A stretch of 64,000 nucleotides of DNA, taken from the IMG/VR virus record IMGVR_UViG_3300006917_000001, one strand, 5' to 3'. Origin of the DNA: an uncultured virus (IMG/VR IMGVR_UViG_3300006917_000001). Taxonomy: Duplodnaviria > Heunggongvirae > Uroviricota > Caudoviricetes. The notes under the pieces are model-generated. The model worked only from the letters and a program-made list of their open reading frames with translations, did not search any database and had not been told where the DNA came from. Each line of letters starts with the position of its first letter. Positions within the stretch are counted from its first letter, which is position 1. The translations under genes and the position numbers were made by a program. Shown one piece after another: positions 54,740 through 64,000 of the stretch.

Positions 54740-55474
54740 TCACCCTTTGTAACTTGTAGAACTGTGCCTCATTCTCTTTATGTTCAGCATCGAGGACATT
54801 GGAACAATTGCTCCCACTTGTTCACATTGGCGCCGGAAAGCCAAGTCATCCCGAAAAGTACCAAATGGCTTCTGTTTAGATTCCAAAGGATTCAGCCAAC
54901 TAGTGCCTTGAAGATACCCAAAATTTCTTGCAACGCTTCCCCTTACAATCTGAACTCCACCAATCGCTCGATTATAATGCTTGGCTTCAAACAAGGAGAC
55001 CCCAGGCAAAAGAAATGGTCGAGTGTGATAATCTTGGGAAGCGTAAGAGTCCCCGGACAAATGAGTTCTCATGATTTCAATAGTTGTGGGATAAATCATT
55101 ACGGCATTTTCCGGCGCCTGATCCATAGCTTCCACAACATCGTCCAAAGCAGTCTCGTAAAACAAATGGTCTACGTCCGTGAGAAACACTACGTCCTCTT
55201 GGGACTCTAAACAGGATTCATTGCGACCAATGCACCTCTTTCCTAAACGGGCTAATTCCATAGGACGCAATCGGAGAAAAGAATCACACTGAAGTCCAAG
55301 ATAATAATTCAGCACAGACACGGTCGCCGTGTCTGTAGGGTCGTAGCACACATCCAACACGACTTGGCATTTGGGACGGTAGACGTAGATGGACGCAATT
55401 TGGTAGGCCAGAAACCGGGCATATTGGGGCAATGTGGTGGCATAGCAATGGGTTACCAAACGAATGGATTTCAT
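54740..55474 (-). CDS. GT-A fold glycosyltransferase
   Basis: RCIGRN, VFLTDVD, GGVQI, FGY, DD. Confidence 0.65.
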   Translation of the reverse strand: MKSIRLVTHCYATTLPQYARFLAYQIASIYVYRPKCQVVLDVCYDPTDTATVSVLNYYLGLQCDSFLRLRPMELARLGKRCIGRNESCLESQEDVVFLTDVDHLFYETALDDVVEAMDQAPENAVMIYPTTIEIMRTHLSGDSYASQDYHTRPFLLPGVSLFEAKHYNRAIGGVQIVRGSVARNFGYLQGTSWLNPLESKQKPFGTFRDDLAFRRQCEQVGAIVPMSSMLNIKRMRHSSTSYKG

Positions 55475-56028
55475 AGGTAATCAAAAAACTCCATTACTTG
55501 CCGTTCCGCTTCCATCACTTGCTGTTTCTGTTTCTTGTCCCAAAAACAACGCTTCTGCGAGTTATTTTGAACGCCAAGCTCCACCACTTGCTGCATTTGA
55601 GTCCGCTTAAATTTTCGAGAGGTCATTGTTTTTATGGAATGGATGAACCCATAGGGCAGATCCTCCGTGCGAATAAACGAATCCGCCCGATAAGCCGAAA
55701 ACATTTTCCCCACGGCCCCTGGACAAGTCTGCAAGTAGTCCTGAATAAACTCACGAAAAGAGTTTCTACTCAGGGACAAAAAAATATCCACCTCCGGAAC
55801 CCCGATGGCAGCCCCCGTGGAAAACACCGTGTAGCAAGACAACAACCAATCCAGAGGGTTGCGAACAAAAGAAACACGAATCAAATCGTAGGGGTCTTGA
55901 TGCGGAATGTGGATAGTGGCCTTGGAGCCAATGTCATTCCCAAGAATGGCCATTGTTTTGAGAAACCACGTGGTCCCCGTTCTTGGGGCTGAGGCAAAAG
56001 CAAACCGATCCAACTCATACCGAATCAT
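55471..56028 (-). CDS. sulfotransferase-family protein
   Basis: 5'-PSB-like PRTGTT and 3'-PB-like FVRNPLDWLLSCY. Confidence 0.7.
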   Translation of the reverse strand: MIRYELDRFAFASAPRTGTTWFLKTMAILGNDIGSKATIHIPHQDPYDLIRVSFVRNPLDWLLSCYTVFSTGAAIGVPEVDIFLSLSRNSFREFIQDYLQTCPGAVGKMFSAYRADSFIRTEDLPYGFIHSIKTMTSRKFKRTQMQQVVELGVQNNSQKRCFWDKKQKQQVMEAERQVMEFFDYL

Positions 56029-56310
56029 TTACTTCCCCTCCGTTGCTGACTGGTTCGAATACTGGTTCGGATAGAAGAACCGATGCTGTTTATCTAATGC
56101 CTCTCTTACGCGCTGTCGAAATGGTTCCCAATTTACTGCCACACCTTCCCGTTCTGCAATGGAATGAGTGGAACGTAACAGCTGATTAGCCTCTTCCAAG
56201 AGTTCTCGCATCTCTGACTCTTTTTTGGTAATTGCTGTTATGACTTGGGATAATTCTAAGATGAGCTTATTTATACGCTCGCATTCTATTTCCATTTGCA
56301 AGCCTTTCAT
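56029..56310 (-). CDS. coiled-coil hypothetical protein
   Basis: 93-aa ORF interrupting the cluster. Confidence 0.5.
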   Translation of the reverse strand: MKGLQMEIECERINKLILELSQVITAITKKESEMRELLEEANQLLRSTHSIAEREGVAVNWEPFRQRVREALDKQHRFFYPNQYSNQSATEGK

Positions 56311-56482
56311 AAGTTAAAAAATGCGGTCTTTACTGGCGATGGTTTTGGATTTCCCAAGGAAAAGCGACCGCCGACTTCACCCCTTCATGACCCGTGGTCC
56401 ACAACAAAAAACCACGAGTTCCCCGTCTGGCTTCTCACCAGCTACGAATCACCAGAGAGGGACCGACGAACAGCACCCCGTT

Positions 56483-57067
56483 CTACTCTTCTTTTGTTGG
56501 CTTTTGAATTTGCCAACAGTTCTTATGCACGGTAAACTCCAACCCACGAGCCGCAGTAAACTGCTCTACCGCTCGCCTCACTCCCCACGTTCCATTCTTG
56601 TCTTTGGGTCCATCAATGTCATGGCCACAAAAAACTCCACCCCAACGAACGACGGGCCACCAAGCTTGCATATCGGCCAATACAGAATCATACTTATGAT
56701 CGGCATCGATAAAAACAAGGTCAACCGAATGATAAAGAAATAACCTGGGAGCTTCTGCTGATTTGCTTTTTACCACTCGGAACCTTGGGTAAAACGGAGT
56801 CACCGCGTTAATCGCAGTCTGCATCGCCCGGTCATACCACTCTTGGTTTCGCTTAGGGTGGTACTGTGGAGCAGTCCAATGATCTACCATCCAGAGGTGT
56901 AAGTTTGGCACCTCCCGCAAAAGAACCGCACTTGTGCGACCACTCGCCACCCCTACTTCTACAGCCGTAATGAACTGTTTTTCCCCCTGCTGTTGTCCCA
57001 ACTGGCGGAGCGTCTGGATCAAATAATACTGGTGATCAAAGTAGGTCACACCATCCACTGTAATCAT
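56483..57067 (-). CDS. class I SAM methyltransferase (Methyltransf_24-like)
   Basis: EVGVASG, VFIDADH.Y, GGVFCGHD, GVRRAV. Confidence 0.85.
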   Translation of the reverse strand: MITVDGVTYFDHQYYLIQTLRQLGQQQGEKQFITAVEVGVASGRTSAVLLREVPNLHLWMVDHWTAPQYHPKRNQEWYDRAMQTAINAVTPFYPRFRVVKSKSAEAPRLFLYHSVDLVFIDADHKYDSVLADMQAWWPVVRWGGVFCGHDIDGPKDKNGTWGVRRAVEQFTAARGLEFTVHKNCWQIQKPTKEE

Positions 57068-57678
57068 GTGTCTGCTTTCACCACAATTAAGGAACGAACA
57101 AACCGAGGATCGTCTTGAGGAGCTTCCAATACGGTTTCCACATCAGCAACATGCGTGAAAATGGAAATGTACTCCTCCAAAGAGCCGGCAAAACAATCGG
57201 CTTTAGAGGGGCCAGAAGAGCCACCTAATTTGTTACTCCATGGGTTCCACTCCACAAATAAACGACCACGGGGACTCAAACTTTTCACCCATACATCGGC
57301 CGTCTTATAGGGGTCCAAGGCATGGTCAAAGGAGTTTGTGTAAATCACATCAAAGCGGTTCAGCCATTCCGGCCTCTCCAAAGAGAAATCGGCACAAATT
57401 ACTTTCACCCCATCGCACAATTCCGGAGTGATTTCAGTGCCAATCCAATCGCCGCCCATGGATTTGGCCATCATGTCCACTTCCGCTCCTTGGCGAACCC
57501 CGTGGCAGCAACCGTAATCCACTCGTTGTAAGAGAAAACCCCGATAGTAACGGCAAATCGTGTCCACCACTTGAGGCACTGTAAAAACACGAACTCGCCG
57601 ACGTCGCACCTTCTTGCGACTCAGTTGTTGTTGGGTTTCCACGTATTCCTGATAGCTGTCGAACTTATTAAATCGCAT
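57064..57678 (-). CDS. SAM methyltransferase-like protein
   Basis: CHGVRQG.E, GTEI, FDVIYTNSFDH, LSPRGRL. Confidence 0.7.
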   Translation of the reverse strand: MRFNKFDSYQEYVETQQQLSRKKVRRRRVRVFTVPQVVDTICRYYRGFLLQRVDYGCCHGVRQGAEVDMMAKSMGGDWIGTEITPELCDGVKVICADFSLERPEWLNRFDVIYTNSFDHALDPYKTADVWVKSLSPRGRLFVEWNPWSNKLGGSSGPSKADCFAGSLEEYISIFTHVADVETVLEAPQDDPRFVRSLIVVKADT

Positions 57679-58303
57679 TACGAGGACCTGTTACCTTTGT
57701 AAACCATAAGGAATAGTCTGTTACGAACAAGGGACTAAATTCGTAAAAATCGTGATCACCAGGACTAAAATAAAGGGGACGGGAGCAAATTTCATCCACC
57801 GCTCGCCGCACTCCCGCTCGCCAATTGTCTACCGGCCGATTTGCTTTGTAATCATGGCCACAAAGAACCCCATCGGACCGCAATTTCGGCAACCAAGCCA
57901 AAATGTCTGCCCGCACACTTTCGTAGTCATGGCTGGCGTCCAAAAACACAAAATGGAGGGAGTGATTTGGAACCATTTGAGCAGCGACCATTGAACTGGC
58001 AATCATGATCGTCCGTCGATCTGCTGCAAAATTTGTCCGAGCTTTAGCCCGACGAGCAGCCCGGTCAAATCGGCCTTGATCATACTTAGCCATCCGGTGG
58101 TCTGGAACCAACTCTTTTTCGTTAAAAGGTTGATAGCGATCCACCATGATTAGATGGAGGTTTGGAAACTGATGAAACATGGCCCAAGAGGTCGCCGCCT
58201 CCCAGACCCCTACTTCCGCTCCCATCAAACTGACATCTGGATTTTCTGGCAGGAGTTGTTTTAGGTTTCGGCATAAACAGGCTGCATGACGTTGAAGTCT
58301 CAT
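57668..58303 (-). CDS. class I SAM methyltransferase (Methyltransf_24-like)
   Basis: GAEVGV, VFLDASHDY, GVLCGHDY. Confidence 0.85.
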   Translation of the reverse strand: MRLQRHAACLCRNLKQLLPENPDVSLMGAEVGVWEAATSWAMFHQFPNLHLIMVDRYQPFNEKELVPDHRMAKYDQGRFDRAARRAKARTNFAADRRTIMIASSMVAAQMVPNHSLHFVFLDASHDYESVRADILAWLPKLRSDGVLCGHDYKANRPVDNWRAGVRRAVDEICSRPLYFSPGDHDFYEFSPLFVTDYSLWFTKVTGPRNAI

Positions 58304-59317
58304 TTAATCCCCATCCCCCAATAAACCAAGAACACGGTACTCTTCCGATTTGGCTTCCAATAGCCTCATGTTGGTCTCCGCATAGGCCAACTGAATCCAT
58401 TTATTCATGGTAGACCGAAACCAATGCTTCATGTCCCCAACATTCTTATCTAAGCATTCCAAAAACGGGGTCCACCAAAGCTGAAAACCGTAAGCCGATT
58501 TTTTAGGTCGCACATTGCTGTCCCCGTGGAAATGCCACAAGAAAATTCCCTGAGGGTACAGCGCAGGGTCTCCGCAATACTTAGGCGACACATTGTACCC
58601 TGGAGGGGAGATCCCTACCTCCCCTTTCCCATGATGCATAAACGCCAAAGGGTGTAGTGCCGTTTCATCTGGAATAAACACCCCCGCCTCGTGGGCTTGG
58701 AGGGTCCACTGCTTCCAAAGGGACAATAAATTCGCCGTAGCCATTCCCCCACGAATAGAAAACACACCTCCATTGACGGATGGAAAATTGGCATTATCTG
58801 CATGAAGCAGCATGTGAGCAAAAACACTCATGGAGGGAGCTTGTTCCTTCGTTCCATCTAAAAACAAAGGAGCATCCAAAGAGAGTAGTCGTTGGATTCG
58901 GTTGCGAATAACACTCCCCGCAACAACCCAATGATTGAACCTCGTCGTTAAAAGCAGTTCGGAGTCTGGTCTTCCCTCCATTAAGCCCCGAAGGTTTCCC
59001 ACGGGCATGGTATCTGCATCTAAATATAGGTACCGCTGATCTGGACTGGAGCTGGTTGCCAGCTGAGTCATGAGGTCAATTTTATCCAAAAACTGCCCAT
59101 TTTTGGAGTGTGCATATTTCGTGGGGCGGAGGTAAACCGCAACATCCAAGTTCCTATCGTTTGCAATCTGTTTCGCAGTTTCAAACGATTCCCCCCACGC
59201 AAAAACAGAAATGGGTCCGGTCCAATGTTTTCGCAAGGTATGTAGAGACACCACCAAATACGGAAGGTGGGCCTTGCCACTCATAAGGTAAACAATGGAG
59301 TTTGGTGGGATTTTCAA
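58304..59317 (-). CDS. GT8-like glycosyltransferase
   Basis: VSLHTLRKH, YLDADT, NGGVF, DE, WHFHG. Confidence 0.7.
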   Translation of the reverse strand: MKIPPNSIVYLMSGKAHLPYLVVSLHTLRKHWTGPISVFAWGESFETAKQIANDRNLDVAVYLRPTKYAHSKNGQFLDKIDLMTQLATSSSPDQRYLYLDADTMPVGNLRGLMEGRPDSELLLTTRFNHWVVAGSVIRNRIQRLLSLDAPLFLDGTKEQAPSMSVFAHMLLHADNANFPSVNGGVFSIRGGMATANLLSLWKQWTLQAHEAGVFIPDETALHPLAFMHHGKGEVGISPPGYNVSPKYCGDPALYPQGIFLWHFHGDSNVRPKKSAYGFQLWWTPFLECLDKNVGDMKHWFRSTMNKWIQLAYAETNMRLLEAKSEEYRVLGLLGDGD

Positions 59318-60153
59318 GTCTTGGTTCCTTCTAATGCGCGCTGAGCTGATTGTTTGAGGTTAAACGTCGTGCCCCAATGTTCCCAACCCAAGGACTTCAT
59401 GTCCGGGCGAATAATAGGGTATTTTAAGCGCTTCGCCACGTACCACTGAAACCCATCTTGGGAGGCAACGGGCATGGCGTCCCCTACCGTATGGAAACAC
59501 ATGAGACTCGTCATAGATACAAAATCAGAACGAAAAAACCCACACCAACTAATGATACGGGCATGACCGAGTTTCGTGGCATTGGGGACTGGAACCATAT
59601 TCAAAGGTTGTGTGTTCCAGAACCACGGGAGTTTCGACTCGTTGTCTTTTACCCACTGATCCAAAACTAGCATCTGGTCTGGAGGCTTGGTAAACGTCCA
59701 ACGGTGAGCCACAATCGCCGGCGAAAACTCAAACCACCGGGCATCAATCCACTCTGTATCAGGCTCCAAATCGGGTTGGTGGGACGCTACCAAATCCACG
59801 TCCAGTTTCAGCACGTAGTCCGTAGAGACGTTTACCAGTCTCCCAGGGACATGCACAAAGCCCGCCAACATGTGAGCCCGATGGGGGTCGTTCCACTTTG
59901 TATAAGCCTGATCCCCCGAAGCTTTAGCACTCAAGTTTTCCCATAACACCGTTTGGCAACGAGTTCGGGACATCACCCCATTTTTTTCTAAGAGGCGATA
60001 GATAGGCAGCTCCAACCGTGGATCGTCGTAAAAAATCAAGAAGGGGTGTTCAAATAACGTAGGTTTATTTCGTACCCACGTTGGAAGGGTAATCTCCCAC
60101 TGCTCCAGATGGCTTTTATCTAGTCCAATACAGACAGTAAAAGTGGGTACCAC
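59314..60153 (-). CDS. GT-A fold glycosyltransferase-like protein
   Basis: YVLKLDVD DxD motif, SQD. Confidence 0.55.
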   Translation of the reverse strand: MVPTFTVCIGLDKSHLEQWEITLPTWVRNKPTLFEHPFLIFYDDPRLELPIYRLLEKNGVMSRTRCQTVLWENLSAKASGDQAYTKWNDPHRAHMLAGFVHVPGRLVNVSTDYVLKLDVDLVASHQPDLEPDTEWIDARWFEFSPAIVAHRWTFTKPPDQMLVLDQWVKDNESKLPWFWNTQPLNMVPVPNATKLGHARIISWCGFFRSDFVSMTSLMCFHTVGDAMPVASQDGFQWYVAKRLKYPIIRPDMKSLGWEHWGTTFNLKQSAQRALEGTKT

Positions 60154-60163
60154 AACAACTCCT

Positions 60164-60523
60164 TCAAGTCAGTAGCCGTGTAATGTCTTCAGCTATAACC
60201 GCGTTACCGAGCTTCGGGTTTCTCAAATAAACCTCTAGTAACAGCCCTGTTTTTTCCACTCGGAATAAGTGGGTTACCAAGGCCGGCACCATCAGCGTTT
60301 TTCCAGGGCGAAGATAAACCTTAGTCCAATTTTCTCGGTAACAATCACCCGCCTCCATTTCCACAATAATTTCGCTTGTGATAGGTAGAAACAAATTGTC
60401 TTTTTGGGAGTGAAAATGCTTAGAGCTGAAGCCACCCTTGCGAGTCCACAAGAGGTCCACCGCAACAACCGCACTTTCATAGAGATGCCAAACTTGGCCC
60501 CAGTTCTTCTTTTCCCAATGCAT
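60164..60523 (-). CDS. cupin (sugar isomerase-like)
   Basis: KNWG, SKHFH..K, LRPG...VP...H.F. Confidence 0.7.
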   Translation of the reverse strand: MHWEKKNWGQVWHLYESAVVAVDLLWTRKGGFSSKHFHSQKDNLFLPITSEIIVEMEAGDCYRENWTKVYLRPGKTLMVPALVTHLFRVEKTGLLLEVYLRNPKLGNAVIAEDITRLLT

Positions 60524-60526
60524 AGG

Positions 60527-60706
60527 TCACCGAATCATTCCATCCTGGGGTGAAGGGCGATACACCTTTTCCGAATATCCATCACGGCCTCCCTTTTTCT
60601 CGCATTTAGGGCAAATCCGAATGCCGACTGTAGTTAAGAAGAAACGGAAACAACGCAGACAACGCAATCGCTTCTTAAGTTCTGGTTCTGGTTGTTTCCG
60701 TTCCAT
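60527..60706 (-). CDS. 59-aa zinc-ribbon protein (below the ORF-track cut-off)
   Basis: Manual translation MERKQ...RCLRC...RICPKC... Confidence 0.55.
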   Translation of the reverse strand: MERKQPEPELKKRLRCLRCFRFFLTTVGIRICPKCEKKGGRDGYSEKVYRPSPQDGMIR

Positions 60707-60707
60707 T

Positions 60708-61760
60708 TCAGGGTTCCTCTACTTTGTCCTTTTTCTCGTACCAGCCAGACAGGTCAGGACGGGCTTCCACCCCTTTAGTTACAAGCCGATATGCTGTCTC
60801 AAATGAAACGTAATCAAACGCTCGTAGCCGGCTTACCGGATTGCAATTAAAAAACTCAATGCCAAAACGCTCAAATACTTTCGCCTCTTGCAAACGACAC
60901 AACCAATCGTTCACCACTGCAAACTGAGCATTGTTGGCCTCGCAAGCGTTGATGTCCCGAGACTGTTGGAAACTGTAGTTGTCATACAGCCCCTTGCCAG
61001 GGTCCATATAAAAATCAACACCCAACAAAAACACTCGAGAAGCCCCTAAGTACCGCAACACCCGCATTGCCATCAGCATCGTACAAATTGTGGAAGGCTC
61101 CCCACTTATTTCTGATCCAGCCTTATAGTTGCCTACAGAAACTTGTGGGTTTAGAAAAAAAGAATCGTCTGGCTTCAACCACAACCGGCGAGCAACACCC
61201 CAGACATTAGGGCAGTCCCGAGTTAGAATAGGTTTCTTTTGGTCATCCACCAACCGAATAAAAGAATCACCCACCTTCTGCCGCAAAGTACCACGACCCG
61301 TCGAAAGTTTCGGAGTGGTAATGAACTTAAGAATTGCTGGGTCCAGCCAAATGGAATGGGAAAACTTGAGTGGAGGGTCGTTACAGACAAATGCTTGGGG
61401 GCGGAACCGTGGATTTCCCGCCATGTTGTTCACCGCCATCGTCCAGCAACCGCGATTATTCAGCGATTCCAGGGGCAGTTCCTTGGCAGAAGGCCCACCA
61501 CAAGCTAAGAATACGGATCGACCCGCCAGGAGACCACGTAGACTGTAATTTTCTGGCCTCAATTCCCGATTTACTACCGACAGGCAATCTTCCCACTGAG
61601 AAACAAACTGGGGAGAATTGATTTCCAGCCGCCTCGTGCAAGTGTCACAAGAGGGAATAGTGCGGGAACCATCTTGGAGCTGGCACACTCCATGAATCTG
61701 GCACTCGTAACGAATGGTCTCTACCGTCAGTTGTTTCCCTAAGTAAACACAATCCGCCAT
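60708..61760 (-). CDS. Maf/DUF115 (MptE-like) domain protein, sialyltransferase-related fold
   Basis: VFLACGGPS, AVNN, LGASRVFLLGVDF, FFNCNP.S.L.AF. Confidence 0.65.
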   Translation of the reverse strand: MADCVYLGKQLTVETIRYECQIHGVCQLQDGSRTIPSCDTCTRRLEINSPQFVSQWEDCLSVVNRELRPENYSLRGLLAGRSVFLACGGPSAKELPLESLNNRGCWTMAVNNMAGNPRFRPQAFVCNDPPLKFSHSIWLDPAILKFITTPKLSTGRGTLRQKVGDSFIRLVDDQKKPILTRDCPNVWGVARRLWLKPDDSFFLNPQVSVGNYKAGSEISGEPSTICTMLMAMRVLRYLGASRVFLLGVDFYMDPGKGLYDNYSFQQSRDINACEANNAQFAVVNDWLCRLQEAKVFERFGIEFFNCNPVSRLRAFDYVSFETAYRLVTKGVEARPDLSGWYEKKDKVEEP

Positions 61761-61768
61761 GAAACCAC

Positions 61769-62221
61769 CTACCATTTATTTTCTGGACAATGCTCGGTCG
61801 CCATCCTCAACTTGTTGACCATTGCTTCGATGGGGATTGTAACACCGATGGCCCGAGCCGCATTGGCCAATTTAGAAGAATTTGGAGACCGTACCAAACA
61901 ACCACACTCCGAATGAGTACAGATGCCTTTAGTCTCAGAGTACAAATGGCAGCAAGAGCACTTTTCCCGAAAAATGGTCTCTACCTCATCGTCTGTTCTT
62001 ACCGGGTAGCCGGCCTCCCGCCATCGCATCACGGCTGAGATGTAATGCTTGGCCTGAGAAACAATGCCCGGAGCAACCGTGTCCTTTACCGTGCCATTTG
62101 GATTAGAACAGTGATGATGGATTTTGCTATTCTTAATGGGAGGGGTGATAAACCCACAACGAGTACAACGGTAAACCCCTAAAGAACCCACAAGACGGAT
62201 CAAGACAAAATTACATTCCAT
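61769..62221 (-). CDS. Cys-rich hypothetical protein
   Basis: CTRC, CSCC, CGC, MATEHCP..KW. Confidence 0.6.
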   Translation of the reverse strand: MECNFVLIRLVGSLGVYRCTRCGFITPPIKNSKIHHHCSNPNGTVKDTVAPGIVSQAKHYISAVMRWREAGYPVRTDDEVETIFREKCSCCHLYSETKGICTHSECGCLVRSPNSSKLANAARAIGVTIPIEAMVNKLRMATEHCPENKW

Positions 62222-62225
62222 GGCG

Positions 62226-64000
62226 TTAGAAGGAGGTTAGAGTTATTGTGGACCCCGTTGGGTCGCAGTCGTAAGCTCCAGAAGTAGAGAGGTATGGAAT
62301 CACCAAACCAGAAATTGTTCGGCAATTCAAAGGTTTTGGAATTGTTCTTCTGTAATTTACAAACTGTCCTGGAGCTGGGTAAGCCACTTGGAAGTAGACA
62401 GTCACCGTAATAATGACGTTGGACCCAACGGAAGTAAAACTAATGGAAATAAAGCCTGGAACTTGACATGGGTCCCCACTAAACAAGAAGTTATTGGAAT
62501 AGCGAGCACTGCAAGTTCCATCCGTTAATGCCATATAACTGCCGTCATAGTTGGGACAGCAACCACCAGCCCCCATACCAGCCAGCTCTACAGCGAATCC
62601 AGCGGGAAACAAACTATCTTGGCAGGGGTTACAGATGCGAACGCAATCGTAACACTCCTCATCGGTATAGGGGTGACTCAAATACGCGGAGTGGTATTCC
62701 GTAACAGAGAGAGAACCACCCCCAGTCGCAATCAGCTCAATTCCACCCCAATTTCCCGTGGAGGTCCCGGTTCCAACCACACTCACATCAGCCGGCGGAA
62801 TAAGCCCTGGATGTGGATTTACCGTCATGGTTAATCCACCGGCAGTCAAACAGAGGTTTACAGTCACCTCCGCCCCTGCGATCGCCTGAGGAACCAGAGC
62901 CGATTCCCCAGAAGAAAGCGTAGCCACCCCAGAAACAAATGGAGTGCTCCGACCAAATTGGATTTGACCCCAAGGCCCTGACCTTGTGGAGTCGGATGCT
63001 AGATAAACCCGTACCGTTTGAAGATAAGCCCCTCCAGTAAATGTGGCAGCGACGAAATTGGCCCCACCAACACCACCATTCATCATGCCGTAATCGCCGA
63101 CCGAAGATAACGTAATGTTACCTGTTTCTCCCCCTCCCAAGGTTCCACTTCGTACCTCAAACTCACATTTAGAGCCTACTTGAGGAGAGGCATCATACAC
63201 CCCTGTCAAGCAATCAGAACACCAACCACACAAAGGGTCCAGCTCATATGGGATTGTGTACTCCACATCCCGAAACGTGACAGTCCCCGTCATGGTGCCG
63301 GTTCCCAGCCCGGCAGTGTAATTCGTGGCGGTCGCCGTTGTAGGAACGGAAACGCGACGGATATTATGGATGCGGGGAATGTCGTAAGTGGCATTGGGGA
63401 CTAGACCCGCAATGGCATCCGTTCCATCGTAAATCACACAAAAGTAATGCTCCACATTTGGCACTAAGCCGGCAACTTGCATGGAGCGGGAGCCATCAGG
63501 ACCATCAATGGTCATGGTTCCACAAGAAGTCCCCACTTCAAACGTAGCAGTAATCTCGTCCCCTGCTAAGAAAACCTTAATTTGATCCCCGTTGGCTGTC
63601 GTGGTGAAGTAACCAATGGCTTGCATCACATTGGTTCGGTGAGGGTTTTCTGTTAGTAGCATCGCCTGAGCGTTACTGCTACTCGTGGACCCTGGACCCC
63701 ACGTGCCACTCACAATGTCCCAATTGCACGCCAAAGAAGTGACCGTCACCATCAAATCAGCCCAATTACATCCCACGATTCCAGTACAAACTTCGCAACT
63801 CGGGTGATCGTCCCCGTCATACGTATAGCTGAGCGTAATGGAATTAAATGTAACGGGGTCGGCCCCCTTGGCGGTTACCTCCAAGCCGGCAATACGACCT
63901 TCTGCAGAGACGGCACTGGTACTCCCAATCACACCTCCAGCCGCGGAGGCCATAAGGTAGAGGTCAGTCCCAGAGGTACTATTCTTCCCGTAACAAACGG
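62226..64000 (-). CDS. large Cys/Gly/Thr-rich virion (tail/receptor-binding) protein, 5' partial
   Basis: Frame stays open from 63953 to the window end; repeated beta-rich modules separated by CxxC pairs. Confidence 0.6.
   Translation of the reverse strand, partial: VCYGKNSTSGTDLYLMASAAGGVIGSTSAVSAEGRIAGLEVTAKGADPVTFNSITLSYTYDGDDHPSCEVCTGIVGCNWADLMVTVTSLACNWDIVSGTWGPGSTSSSNAQAMLLTENPHRTNVMQAIGYFTTTANGDQIKVFLAGDEITATFEVGTSCGTMTIDGPDGSRSMQVAGLVPNVEHYFCVIYDGTDAIAGLVPNATYDIPRIHNIRRVSVPTTATATNYTAGLGTGTMTGTVTFRDVEYTIPYELDPLCGWCSDCLTGVYDASPQVGSKCEFEVRSGTLGGGETGNITLSSVGDYGMMNGGVGGANFVAATFTGGAYLQTVRVYLASDSTRSGPWGQIQFGRSTPFVSGVATLSSGESALVPQAIAGAEVTVNLCLTAGGLTMTVNPHPGLIPPADVSVVGTGTSTGNWGGIELIATGGGSLSVTEYHSAYLSHPYTDEECYDCVRICNPCQDSLFPAGFAVELAGMGAGGCCPNYDGSYMALTDGTCSARYSNNFLFSGDPCQVPGFISISFTSVGSNVIITVTVYFQVAYPAPGQFVNYRRTIPKPLNCRTISGLVIPYLSTSGAYDCDPTGSTITLTSF

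Noticed and set aside
56050..56070. GGTTCGAAT as a tRNA T-loop
   Set aside because: It lies in a coding region with no cloverleaf; no tRNA was found by eye in the window
1..64000. Prophage boundary, DGR/retron, or recoded genetic code
   Set aside because: No integrase, reverse transcriptase or host flank was recognised, and core genes are intact under the standard code

Overview
The window is a 64-kb internal segment of a large tailed dsDNA phage (Caudoviricetes). No integrase or host housekeeping flank is visible. Coding is dense and mostly on the minus strand, in the standard genetic code. From left to right it holds: (1) virion and accessory genes (a partial LamG-domain repeat protein, a GT2-like glycosyltransferase); (2) a holin-like plus secreted protease/nuclease cluster, the terminase large subunit and a CAP protein; (3) thyA and many small hypothetical genes, MazG, DUF1599, a TerS-like gene and an alpha-CTD-like gene; (4) a replication/recombination module (split SbcC plus SbcD, resolvase, 5'-3' exonuclease, RecA, SSB, UvsY-like, clamp loader, split family-A polymerase with UDG, clamp); (5) a 7-deazaguanine cluster (DpdA/TGT-like, PRTase-FolE fusion, csrA, queC, queE, queD); (6) two plus-strand early cassettes driven by a repeated promoter element; (7) DnaB, a putative iteron origin, primase, SNF2 helicase and a sigma-region-2-only factor; (8) an AAA/VWA-like pair transcribed divergently from a mirror-image intergenic region; (9) a glycosyl-/methyl-/sulfotransferase cluster and a partial Cys-rich virion protein. 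A Planctomycetota host is a guess from protein style only. All product calls come from motif recognition by eye; no database search was run.
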